In this document: in pieces, positions 44,481 through 60,891 of the stretch | Numbering within the stretch: the first letter of the stretch is position 1 | Layout of the letters: each line of letters starts with the position of its first letter | Assembly (NCBI RefSeq): GCF_009914755.1 | Contig: NC_060932.1 | DNA length: 64,000 nt | From: the human T2T-CHM13v2.0 reference genome, Homo sapiens | Reading direction: 5' to 3' (one strand) | Notes under the pieces: generated by a model | Told to the model about the DNA's origin: nothing | Seen by the model: only the letters and a program-made list of their open reading frames with translations | Databases searched by the model: none | Translations under genes and position numbers: made by a program

Positions 44481-46546
44481 TTTTCATGGCCTCCAGGTTC
44501 TGATGAAGCGTGGGATTTTCTGCCCTGTACCCCTCAGAACAAGAAACCACCTTACTGCAGTCTGTAAGTGGCTCCTCAGTAACAGGGCACCCACAACTTT
44601 CATGGCATCCGCCCGTTACTTTTGTGTCTTCCCTTCTGTGTGTGGGACCAGGAACCTGTGGAGCTGGCTCTCAGCTTACTGCTCTTTCTGCTATGTAAGC
44701 GATCAACTGTCTGACTCTAAAAGTGACTCGTATTTTTCCTTTTGAATCAGACAGACCCTGATCTGGGTTTTGCTTTGTGTTTTATGTGTGAGCTTTATAC
44801 TCTGAAGTCGCTTTATATTTTATTTTTTCATTTATTAACAAATATTTCTATCATATTTCCTATGGACCAAGCACTTTACAAAGTATTAATACATTTAATA
44901 CTTGGTATAACCCTATAAAGTCAGTGCTATTATCACCCTCACTTTAAAAATGAGGAAGCAAAGCCCTAGAGTGGTTAAGAAACTTGTCCAAGATTACACA
45001 GCCAGTGGCAGAGTCAGATGGGCTGCTCTGGAGTCAAGGCTCTTAACCACTGTGTTTTGCTGCCTTATGTTAACAGAGTTTACACTTAGGGCACTTTTTC
45101 TCAGACAACACACATCAGAAGCACCTAGATTACCCAGTTGAAATGCAGTTTCCTGGGTTCCATCCGGACCTATCCTGTGAGAATCCTTGGTAATGGGTCC
45201 AGAAATTTCCAGATACCTAGAGATAGAACGAACACTCTGCCGCAATGAAGCAACTGGAGGATGAACAGACAGGAGGAGACCGGGTCCCTGGAGACCCGAG
45301 GAGCCACCATTTATGCAATTTGAAAACCCTGACTCTTGTCTTTGCAGAAAAATTCATTCCTATTTGGTTAAGCCACTGCAGCTGGGTTTTTCTTACATAA
45401 AGCTGACTGTATTCCTAAAAGACACAGAGGATCTCTTTAAATAGGAGTAATATATTTACTTATAATAATTTGATTTTCTGAAATAGCACTGTAGAAATAT
45501 AATGTAGTCCACATATGTAACACTTTCTAATAGCTACATTTTAAAATGGCAAAAAGAGGTAAAATTATTTTAATATGTTGTATTTAACCCAATATATTGA
45601 AAGCATTATTTCAACATGATGCTAAAAATCATCAGTGATATTTTTACATTCTTTTTTTAAGAAAACTAGGTCTTCATAGTTCAGTGTGCATTGTACACCT
45701 TTTATTTATGGCACATCTTAATTCAGTCTGGCCACATTTCAAGAGCTCCATAGCCCCACGTGGCGGCTAGCAGCTGCTGTATTGGACAGTACAGTCCTAC
45801 AGCTCCTCATCTGTGACCTGTTTTGTGCTCTGGTTCTCAAACTCGACTGCACTGGAATCATCAGAGGAGCTTAAAGGAATGCTACCTTGGTGGTCCCACC
45901 TCAAATACTGACACATCGGAGGTCTGAGTGCTGCTGGGGAATCAGGAGTTCTAAAGGCTCTCCAGGTGATTCTAGTTTAGGAATTACTGTTCTAGCGCCT
46001 TTTTTTCTTGAGCCTCATTATCAGTCTGGGAACAGTTGGATGGTGTTTTTTTCAGGAGCTGCTTTCTCCAAATCAGAACTGGCAGGCTTGCACTGGGTCT
46101 AAACTCTGTCTCCAACTCTGCCTCCACCTCCCTCTCTCACACACACATGTGTAGACACACACACCCCACCAAGGCCCTAGAAGCTTAGTCCATGCACTGT
46201 ATGTTACCAGGTCAATGCAGCTGTGGTCTCAGGGCAACCAGATCATACCAAAACATCCCAAAGATGAGCTCTCTTCATTCTCAAAGACTTAAGTTACGAC
46301 AAAATCCTGGGACCATGAATAAGCCTGTGAAGATAGATGTAACACTCTGATCATGGGCTGGAAAGACTAAAGCCCCGGTGGAGGTCAGAAAAGCCCAGAT
46401 CCATGTGACGCCTATGAACGAGCGCCAGCCCAGCAGACCTCAGGACAGGCATCCACAAGAAAGCTGGCTGTGCACTAGGACTCTAGAAGCCAGGTACATT
46501 TCTCCCTAAAGTCCCTTTCAAATTAACCAATAACTCCAAGTGATAC

Positions 46547-46852
46547 TTTTATTTTTACTTTTATCTTTTGAGACAAGGTCTCGCTCTGTCGCCTAGGCTG
46601 GTGTGTAGTGGAGCAATCATGGCTCACTGCAGCCTCAACCTCCTGGGCCCAAGCTATCCTCCCACCTCAGCCCTCTGAGTAGCTGTGACTACAAGCGCGT
46701 GCCACCGTGCCTGGCTAATTTTTAATTTTTTTTTGTAGAGACAGGGTCTCTCTGTATTGCCCAAACTGGTCTCAAACTCCTGGCCTCAAGCAATCCTCCT
46801 GCCTCAGCCTCCAAAGTGCTGTTATTACAAGCATGAGCCACTGTGCCCAGCT
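46547..46852 (-). mobile_element. AluJ
   Basis: Antisense Alu dimer. Confidence 0.88.
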
Positions 46853-47923
46853 TAGTTGGTACTATTGATACCCTATGTCAGACATTACTTCTTTAAAGAA
46901 CAATCAGCTGTTAAATACAAAACAAAACAAACTTTATTCTGGAAATAAAGTCTTAAAAACAAATTTCCCAAGTCAGATTCATTCTCTCCAACCCAATAGT
47001 TTTTTGAGTACCTATTCTGTCATTCATCATGTTTGGTTTTTACAAAGGAAGAAAGGTAGACTTTTTGTTAGGAAGCACAGGTGCCAGAAGGGGATTCAAG
47101 GTTTATTCACAAATGTTTGATAAGTATCTGCCCTGTGCCAGGTTCTGTGCTGAGTGCTGAGAACAGAGTGATAAAGAGGACATAGTTTCTGCCCTTCCGA
47201 AGCTTAAATTGTGCCTCTATTGGGTATAGCACTTGGCTGGAGTGTCTCTCCAGAATGCTTGCCCTGAGTAGGTTGGGGGCGGGGGGGCGGGTATACTTCT
47301 TGCTGATATCCCCTTGTATATGCAGTTTCTAGCTGAGGACAGCTTTTTGTCATTAAGAACTCCTGCTGGAGGTCAGTCAGGTAATTGCTGCTAGTAGAAA
47401 TGATCTCCTGCTAGCAATTATCAACAATGAAAATGTTGATTAAATAATGGGTCTTCTAACTTCTTATCTGAAAAGTTATTTTTCTTTAATGGCATCAGTA
47501 AAGGGATAATGAGTTATCATGTGCCTCTTGTTAGGATGCCTAAGGACTCAACTGATCTTCAATGAGATTCCTGAAACTAACAAGAAAACATTAGAGGAAA
47601 TAAAAAAGAGGGACACTATAAAAACTTACTGGCTTATACTCTCCAAAATTGTCAAGGCCATGAAGACAAAACCAAGAAATTGTTCCTGATTAAAGGAGAC
47701 TAAAGACTAGAGACCTAACAACTAAATTAATTGGAGATTCTGGATTGGATCCAGGACCTAGACAAAAAATTGTTTTTCTTTTGCTACAAAGGACATTAAT
47801 GGTACAACTGATAGATTTGAATAAGTTCTGTAGATTATAGTATCATAGCAGTGTAAATTTCTGATTTTGATAATTATATAATTTCATATGAGACTAAATT
47901 TTCTGATTTTGATAATTACATAA

Positions 47924-48792
<869 letters not shown>

Positions 48793-50465
48793 ATGCAACC
48801 AAAAAAAAGGTCTTTAACCCCAAATCACCAAAAATTATACAACACTGAACATATTTGAATGTGTAAATGATACAATCAAGATACTGGATTTTTTAAAAAA
48901 ATAAGAGTAAATAAGACTTTATTCTCAGGAAAAAATAAAGCTGCTGTTTTGTGTTAGAAAAAGTATTTTATTTGCTGTTCTGTGTTAGAAAATATTTCAT
49001 TTCCTGGGAAAAGTAAAACTCTTCATGGTTAGTGTTTTGCTTTAAAGGCCCTTGAAAGAAAGCAAATCAAGCAGAGGGTGGGAATATGTTTTCTTAGTTT
49101 GAGCTGGGTTTTAGTTTTAAATTAGATTACCTGCCATACTGTTTAATTACCTAGAGACATTTCATTGTTTTCAGCATCATATTTTTAAACCTTTGGTTTC
49201 TTTCTTTCATCTTCTTAATATTCATCAGCATATTTGTTTATAGTTTCAGATGGCTCTGTAGATCAAGTTTTGGTGCGCCAGTGCTTCCGTTGTTTGCAGA
49301 CCCACCTTGTCATTTTTCTCTGTGAGCTGACTGTCTTATATGTGGGGATGAAAGTGTCTAGTCCTATTTATTAGTCACAAGGCAGTAATCCAAACCCCTA
49401 ACTGCATTTTCTGTTCAAGTTCTTCTCCTCCCTTTTGTGGTCCAGGGTATAAAGGATCTGTGGTCAGATTCATCTCTACATCTTTACCTAGTCCACTCCT
49501 TCTTCACCCCCTGGCTGCACTGGCTTCACTGGGGTTGCAGTGAGGTGGGGGCAGAAAAGGTCTCACTTGCCTGGAACTTAGAAAAACTGGGCATTGGTCT
49601 CCTTAGACCCTGACATTTAAGCTACCTTTCAAATTAGTCCCTTACAGATTATTTGGAGACCTGTCGCTGATTCTCTCTTGAGAGCCATCTCCACCAGCTC
49701 CTGGTTGACTCTGGTTTCTGTTAGTCCATCCCACATAGACTGCTTCAAAAGCCCAGTTGCTCTTAAGATAGCTATAGGCTGTCTTGATCCTGGCCTGCTG
49801 GGAACACGTCCACATTCTTGGCCTCCACAAACCTTGAGGGAATAGGCCATTTCTGACAGCAGTCACTTCTCCCTATTCTGCCATCAGCACAGCCAGCTAG
49901 CTAGCATCTCCTGACTTGACACTTCCCCAGAGCCTGGCATCACCCTCTGTGCCACACGAGTTACATTCCAGAAGAGTTTGTGAAGTGCTCCCAGTAGAGC
50001 ACCCTCTCTCCCCTCCTCCACTAGGGGGGCACATGATGGGGAGAAATGCCTGGCACTTGAAAGCTTTCTCCAAAGAAAATCTCTCATTTCCAATTATCTG
50101 GGCTCTTCAACTTTGACCCTTTATATAAAGACCCTCTAACAAGGGACTAAGGTCTCCAAAAAGGACTTTCTGGACTCCTCTCTTGCAAATCCTGAGGAAA
50201 AAAAAAAAAAGCCAACAACCATATTTATATTTGATATATACTGTTTACAGATCATAAGTAAATTCTGTACTTCCAATTCTGTTGTCAGTAGAGTTTTCCT
50301 ACAAAAAAAAAATTCAGTTAAATACAGAATCCTTGAAGAATCCTGAAGGAAGATGAAAAAAAATACTGAAAAGCTTAAGATTTGGCCATATATTGGGTGT
50401 AATCGGAGAGCCTCACTGATACGGACTGAATCAATATGTACTAAATGTAACTCATTTCCTCTAAA

Positions 50466-50905
50466 GCAGTCACCAACATTTTTGACACCAGAGACCAGTT
50501 TGGTGGAAGACGTATTTTTCCATGGACAGGATGAGGGTTGGTTTCAGGATGATTCAAGCACATTTATTGTGCACTTTATTTCTATTATTATTACATTGTA
50601 ATATATAATGAAATAACTATACAGCTTAATAATTATCCCACTTAAATGGGAGCCCTGAGCTTGTTTTCCTGCAAACTAGATAGTCCCATCTGGAGGTGAT
50701 GGGAGACAGGGACAGATCAGGCATTAGATCCTCCTAAGGAGTGTGCAACCTAGATCCTTCGCATGCACAGTTCACAATAGGGTTCATGCTCCTGTAAGAA
50801 TCTAATGTCGCCGCTGATCTGACAGGAGGTGCTCAGGCAGTAATGTGAACAACGGGGAGTGGCTGTAAATACAGACGAAGATTTGCTCACTCATCCTCTG
50901 CTCAT
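50466..50905. mobile_element. MER1A-like hAT element
   Basis: CCAACATTTTTGACACCAGAGACCAGTTT..GGAAGAC; CACAGTTCACAATAGGGTTCATGCTCCTG..GAATCTAATG. Confidence 0.82.
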
Positions 50906-51863
50906 GGTACCAATCTTGTTATGTTTGTCTTGTCTCAGGCGTCTTTTCAATCTGTGTCAATTTTTACAGTCAGATTTGTAGCTTTAAGACTCAAGAGTTT
51001 ATATGTATTTTTCTTTTCTAGTTAGTGCTGTGTCCATTTTAAGAGAGCTTTCCTTGCATTTAATGGTCAGCGAGTTATTCACTCTAAAGTTTGCTCATTC
51101 ACCTCAAGTTGACTTCAATATATGGCCCAAGGTAAGAAAAATACAAATAGCATTCACTAAAAAAAATTGACAAAATCACATTTTATATGTGTGTGTACAA
51201 CCTTTCCCTCAACACAGTAAAAGTTCTAAATGGCGTCTGTTCCTAAACTAAGTCAGGGTAATTAATGTGAAAAATTTGTTCTGATAAATAACCTCTATCT
51301 CTAATCTCTTATTTTGGGAAACATGATCTGCTAAGCAGATTCAAACTTTTTGTTCTACAAGTAGCCTTTTTGTTTTGGCCAGGTGTGGTGGCTCACACCT
51401 GTAATCCCAGCTACTTGGGAGATTGAGGCAGGACTGCGTGAGGCCAAGAGTTTGAGACCAGCCTGGGTAACATAGTGAGATCCCTCTTAGAAAAAAAGAA
51501 AAAAGCCCTTTTTTTTTTTTGGCTTAAATTGTAGTCTTGCATTTTTCCCATCTGTGTTTCTCCTCCCCCTACAGACATCAGCTGCATGGACAACTGCATC
51601 ATTAATAACCATGGGAGTTTTGGCTAAGAAAATGCATATTCCTGGGCTCCAACCTAAATATTCAGAATTCTTGAAACTGAATGCTGAGAATAGGCATTTA
51701 AAACGAGTTCCCCTCGGGAGTCTAGACATAGCCTATTTTTTATACTCCCACATAGCCCCCAAACCCAAACCTACAAGCACATGTTAAGTTCTTAATTCCC
51801 TGCATCTTGATTGTGCTGTATATCCATTTGGGTCCCATTCTGCAAATCTTCACTCAAACATGA

Positions 51864-52179
<316 letters not shown>

Positions 52180-53135
52180 AGAATCTCTAAGCCTTTGTAA
52201 GAAAACACACAGAACAGCAGCTGGCCAAAGCAAACATCCAATGTTAGAAAATGTAAGCACAAACTGAAAATTCATAGGGTTTTAAATTCTAAAATTCGGA
52301 ATACTAAGAAGTAATCAATTAAGACCAGTTAGGTTTGGACTTTCAAGGAATGAACTCAAATATGATCAAATATTCACATCTCTGGTATCACCTAGGATTG
52401 GCTAACATTATGCTTAAATATATTAACTTGTAACTGCTTCTGCATCCCAGAGACATATATGCCTGCTTGTCTGGCAAGGTTGGACATCCTGTTACAATCT
52501 ATATTCAGGTCTCTCCACTTTGAAAAGGAACTAGAATCAATCAAGGAGACTGTGACTACTACCAGTCACATAAAAGTATTTAATTAGTTTCACACTTAGA
52601 AAAGAATCCAAGTCTATTTTCCAAGTGCCCAGTCTCAGCCACCACTTTACTATTGTACATATTTTCAGTTCTACCATAGTATTTCCTATATGGTAAATGA
52701 GAGAATACAATCAAGCCAAATTTATTTCTTGACCTTTCCCTAGAGGAATGTGTAAGACCATCATTGAGCATAGAGCACCAGTTTTCAAAGTCAAAGTTTC
52801 ACTCTCCATTTGAAGCCTGACTACAAATAACCTAAGATAGCAGCTTCCAAATTGGCTTTGACTCATTTTAAAATATGCATTGAGCCATGACAAGACTGGT
52901 GACTCTTTTGCAGGAAAAACATAATAAACAAATTGAGCCCCAAAATTAAGCCACTAGACATATTCTTTCTCTTTCTCCCCCCACCCCCTATAACAGCATG
53001 AAGTAACAGCTGTTAACTGGAAAAACAAAGACCATAAGCCAGAGCTGCAGGAAAGCCCATCGTTTTTACTAATCACACTGCTGCTCCACTTTCTGAAGGA
53101 CAACTCTTAAGTGGCCAATTTAAAAAAAAATACCA

Positions 53136-54081
<946 letters not shown>

Positions 54082-54100
54082 CTAGCTATAAAATATAATT

Positions 54101-54104
<4 letters not shown>

Positions 54105-54132
<28 letters not shown>
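54105..54132. repeat. (TA)14 microsatellite
   Basis: Read directly. Confidence 0.95.
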
Positions 54133-54136
<4 letters not shown>

Positions 54137-54276
54137 TTTTACCTCCTTGGCTTGGGGGTCAGGAGAAATCAGTAAGTGAGGTAAAAGAAAGAGCTGCGAG
54201 GGAAAAGGATTGTTGCCCTAGATGCAGAAGGTATCTTTTCTCCTGGAAATAAAGACCCCAAGGTCTCCATTGCACT

Positions 54277-54282
54277 TTTATT
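54277..54282 (-). terminator. YWHAZ: Distal YWHAZ poly(A) signal AATAAA
   Basis: TTTATT on +; gives a ~2.1 kb 3'UTR consistent with the long YWHAZ mRNA as recalled. Confidence 0.7.
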
Positions 54283-55402
54283 TGAATGTAATATTTGGGA
54301 CAATTATTCAAAAGGGCCAATATTTCCCAATTTAATCTGAGGTCATAATAAAACAAGCAACAAAACAGTGTTTGGGATTTCAGTTTCTCACCCTTATCAT
54401 CAAGACTCACTGCCTCCCATCATCAATATTTATTGAGCATTTACAGTGTACTAGGCACAATAGAACATACAGAAAACATTGTCCCTGCTCTTGAGGAGCT
54501 TACATTCTAAAAGAAAAAATACACCTTTTTTAAAATGGCATTTTTGTTTGGTGTTTTCTGCAAAGTACTGAGGAAATATTTTGTAAAGTGAGCTTTGGGT
54601 ATAACTTAGCCCCATCATTATTTAGAGAATAGAGGAGGAAGAAAGAGGAAGGATTTTAAAGGCAGACAATGACAGACCATTCAGGATAGGTAGGGTTTTA
54701 AAGGGAGATAAACACAGTCTCATCAACTAAGGAGAGATTTGCTGCAGTAAATAGGATGAGGGAAATAGTCTGTGGGATGCAAGCAAAGGAAGCAGGGTGC
54801 CTTAGACACTGAGTGGAGCCAGAAAGATCATGCGGCCTTTTTCCAAGTACATGGCCACCAAGTAAGAATGGTTGGTGACAAGACAGAAGGCTAAAACAGG
54901 AAGGTAATCTTGTGCACCTGACAAATAGAAAGAATAAAGGATCAAAATTGAAGGCAGGCTATAAGAGTATCAAGAAATTCTTAAAAACCAAAAAGTGATT
55001 TGGAAGCACAAAACTTACAGTTAATGCTACCCAATGTCATGATGGGCCAAGAACATTGTGGCTTCCTAAGTTAGAAAATGCCATATGCCAAAATTTTAAA
55101 TGGAACACACTACATTTTTTTCTAATCAATCCCCCCCTCTCCCAGAAAAAATAGGAACTCATTTTTTTCAGGGTGGGGAGGAAGAGAGGGGATCATGGGA
55201 CATGGAAACAGTAGTTATATTAGTAGTATTTTTGTTATGATAAATTTTGTGTTTAAACTTGGTAAGAGCCCATTAGCTGCCAAGAGGGAATAAGGAATAA
55301 ATTTCAAAAAATGTACAATTTCCTTTAGAGAAGTTTCAGAACCAAGACTAATTTACATGAAAAGCTGTAGAGAAAGTAGTTGAAAAGTCCATTCATAAAA
55401 CT

Positions 55403-55408
55403 TTTATT
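55403..55408 (-). terminator. YWHAZ: Proximal YWHAZ poly(A) signal AATAAA
   Basis: TTTATT on +, with ATTAAA at 55422-55427 just upstream and U-rich sequence downstream on the - strand; ~1 kb UTR. Confidence 0.75.
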
Positions 55409-56385
55409 CCACTTACATGAATTTAATACACGTGTTCTTAACAATTATGCTTGGATTGTTCATGAAAATTTCATAAGACATTAAACAAAGCTAGCCATCA
55501 TCTCAAGTTATTTCCCTGTTAACTATTTTTACAGCACATGCATGTTAGGCAAGTATCAAAAAAAAAAAAAAAAAATCACAAAAGCAAAAATCCTAAAAAA
55601 AAGTTAAATACATGGGTTTTTGTTTTACTGCTGTGCTTGATATACATGAAGTAATGAATACCAAGCAATTCATTTTTCCTGCATCTTTACTTTTACATTT
55701 GTTCTTAGGTTGCCTAAAACATTTAAATACAAATAAAATGAGTGTAGCAAAAATAATGAAAGCTAACAGCAGGTAACTTTACAAATAATGGAATGTGAAC
55801 CGTTTCTGCCCTTATCCAGAGTAAAATGGGTCACAACTTTGTCTAAAGGAACACTTCTGCAGCTGTAGTCAAAGGTGTACACATTGAGTATTCCACAGAT
55901 ATACATGGTTTAATATGTGGTATCCATGGGGTATGATTCTACCACAGCCTTGTAAGTGCTCCAAACCTTAAAGTACCCACAATTACTACACCTGTGACTG
56001 GAACCAATGATCCCTTTTATTCCCCGCCAGGACAAACCAGTATGTAGGCAGTTTTCTTTGCTTAGACATGGAAGCAGTTTTACACTGGCCCTTTTGAAGC
56101 CACAATGTACCAAAAGTACTATGCCAAACACTTATAACTTGTATAAAAATTCCACATCCCCATATTGGCCACCTCAAGATGAAAACAGATAACTCCCTAA
56201 ATGTTAACTGGCTCTACTCCCCTAATATTAAACATAAAAACCACATGGGAAATATAGAAATTCAAATAGAAGTAACATAAACCTGTCATAAATCGTAAAC
56301 AAAAAACTATTTGTGGGACAGCATGGATGACAAATGGTCTACTGTGTAAATTTTAGAATGAGGCAGACAAAAGTTGGAAGGCCGG

Positions 56386-56445
56386 TTAATTTTCCCCTCC
56401 TTCTCCTGCTTCAGCTTCGTCTCCTTGGGTATCCGATGTCCACAA
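56386..56445 (-). CDS. YWHAZ: 14-3-3 zeta last coding exon (exon 6), L227-N245 plus stop
   Basis: LWTSDTQGDEAEAGEGGEN*; acceptor ...TCCTTCTTTTACCAG at 56446-56447; not in the ORF track. Confidence 0.98.
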   Translation of the reverse strand: MWTSDTQGDEAEAGEGGEN

Positions 56446-56736
56446 CTGGTAAAAGAAGGAAAGATTTTTCAGCAAGTTTCAGTGGGATGGGGGGGGGGGG
56501 GGCGTTTTCATATAAGTGCCAAGATACCTGAATGTTTTAGTTGGAAAGCATTCTTAAAAAGATAGCAGCATCACTTAGCTTCAAGATACAAAAACATCTC
56601 AATATACAAATTTACTTTTTTTGTAACCACTATATAAGCAGGTTAAGTACACCACAGAGTTGCCTTCAAATAACCTTCAGATACAGGAAAGTTTTGGTTA
56701 TCCACAGAAGGTGAAGAGAAATTACAAGAAATAATA

Positions 56737-58376
<1,640 letters not shown>

Positions 58377-59638
58377 AACCCTGGTTTTCTTATTGCAATA
58401 TGCGCTCTTCATGCTATACTGATAGCAAAATTCAGCTGGAAGCAGACAGTAGATCAGGGCCTCTCAAAAAGTGATGTGAACAAAACACAGTATCTAGGTC
58501 TCAGGTCATCACTTTAAAAATGTCATCACTTCAAACTAGAAAAGAAAAATCCTTAATACTAAAGTTAGTTAACAAAGTGCTTCTTATGTTTGATATATAA
58601 GATTCTTTCATTCTTTACTGTGGCTTGTTATCTTGACTCAAGTATCAGAAAAGTTTATAGATAGCTCCAAATTGTGCTAATAAAGTAATTTTAGGTTTAA
58701 TAAACAAGTATACAATACTATTCAAAAAACTCTTCAAGATTTTCAGCACTAGCATATAGAACTGGTTTATAGAAAATGGCAGTGGACTAGAATAAAGTTG
58801 GAAGAGAAATGTATAAAATGAGATTACATAGTCCCCAAGAGAAATGGCCCTAGAAGTCTAACAAAAAAACAGTAATACCTAGATTATGATCTGCAATTCC
58901 TACCTCTTTACCTGACACACAGCAAATGCTTGATAATTTTTTCACCTAAGCCTCAAAATTTCAAATCTAGTATTTATCTGAAGGAGAAGAATGAGAAGAC
59001 CTAAGAAACAAACGAGACATACAAATCAACTGCATTGTGGACTGAATTTGAATCCCAATTCAAATAACTTAAAAAAAGAGAGATAATTGGAATTCAAGTA
59101 TTATTTAGATATTCAAACATTATTAGGGAATTATGTTGATGTTCCTGGTGTGATAGTGACACTGTTTCTTTTTATACATCTGCAGTATCCCAAGGACAAT
59201 CACGACCTTTCATATTAAGTCATTTAAAATAAGAAGCTAGGCAAAATAGACTTCCACTTGGATTCTGTAGATACCTGAGATTTTGTAACTCAAGTTATTA
59301 ATTCCCTACCATTATCTTTACCAATATGGAGGCAACTTGATGGGCAAGAAAATCATTCTTAAAGGAACTAAAACATGTAGAGTCTCAGCACACTTTTGAT
59401 ACTAACAAATTTTAACAAGACAGGTAACTCATCAATGTGTGTATTTTTTAGTTCTCAGTCTAATATTTCAGTTTCTGTAATTTTCCTTCATAGGACTTTA
59501 ATAGTAGCTGAGATATATTTATGAGAGCCTATGAAATGTGTTGAGAAAAAATTTTAAAAGATGTATTTAATAAAAAAAAAAATTCCCTAGAGTAAAACAT
59601 AACCTCTTCAACCACATTCATCACTAATGATGCTGTTA

Positions 59639-59743
<105 letters not shown>

Positions 59744-59827
59744 CTACAATTTAAAAATAGTACATTACATTTCAGTGCTCAAATAATAAAGACTGCTAAA
59801 TTTCTACGTAACAGGTAAAATACATAC

Positions 59828-59991
59828 TGTCTTTGCAAGAGAGCAGGCTTTCTCTGGGGAGTTCAGAATCTCATAATAGAACACAGAGAAGTTAAGGGCC
59901 AGACCCAGTCTGATAGGATGTGTTGGTTGCATTTCCTTTTTGCTGATTTCAAAAGCTTCTTGGTATGCTTGTTGTGACTGATCGACAATCC
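59828..59991 (-). CDS. YWHAZ: 14-3-3 zeta exon 4 (164 bp), G140-T194
   Basis: [55 protein letters not shown]; acceptor ATCCAG, donor GTATGT. Confidence 0.98.
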
Positions 59992-60573
59992 CTGGATAAG
60001 ACACACCAAAACGTACTGAGATAAAGTGTGCATTATATCTTCACCCCTCAAACCAAACCTTTAATATCTCACATATCCTTTGAAATACTAACCTGTAACA
60101 GCTTAATATTTGTTAATTGAACAAGGTCCTTTTTTTTTTTTAAAGGGAGCTTTCTCCTGGTACACACTAGCCATTGATCAATGTCAAGATAAAACAACTT
60201 TATAATCTCATTATTGTTATGTTTTTAAAAAATTGACGAGTTTTGACATCCCAGACCCAAGCAATCCTCCCACCTCAGCCTCCAGATTAGCTGGGACCAA
60301 AGGCTTGCACCACCATGCCCAGCTAATTTTCAAAATATTTTTTGTAGAGAGAGATGTTGCTCAGGCTGGTCACTTTTCTTAAAATCTTGAAAAAACATCC
60401 CTGTACACAATATTGGCTTTTCAGAAAGCATTTATTTTAGAATAGCAGTATGAGGCAGTAGATGTGTATTCTCAGAACACAAAGAGCACTGCTACTCCTT
60501 ATTCGGCACTCTAAGCAATTCAAAACAAGACATTATGTACGCTTCAGAGACTCTTCCTCACTATGTTATCTTA

Positions 60574-60891
<318 letters not shown>

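Larger units (their letters stand above)
54260..56385 (-). other. YWHAZ: YWHAZ 3'UTR (last exon; 3' end approximate)
   Basis: Follows the TAA stop at 56388-56386; AU-rich, contains seed matches for miR-451 (55798-55804), miR-1/206 (55789-55796), miR-193-3p (56084-56090), miR-30 (56295-56301), miR-22 (55274-55281). Confidence 0.85.

Noticed and set aside
43791-44567. 258-aa ORF, the longest in the window
   Set aside because: Lies in the GC-rich MER52 LTR where stops are rare; several frames are open; no protein similarity recognised
59744-59827. 84-bp YWHAZ intron 4 as an in-frame retained-intron isoform
   Set aside because: Although 3n, it has an in-frame stop after VCILPVT (59806-59804), predicting truncation or NMD
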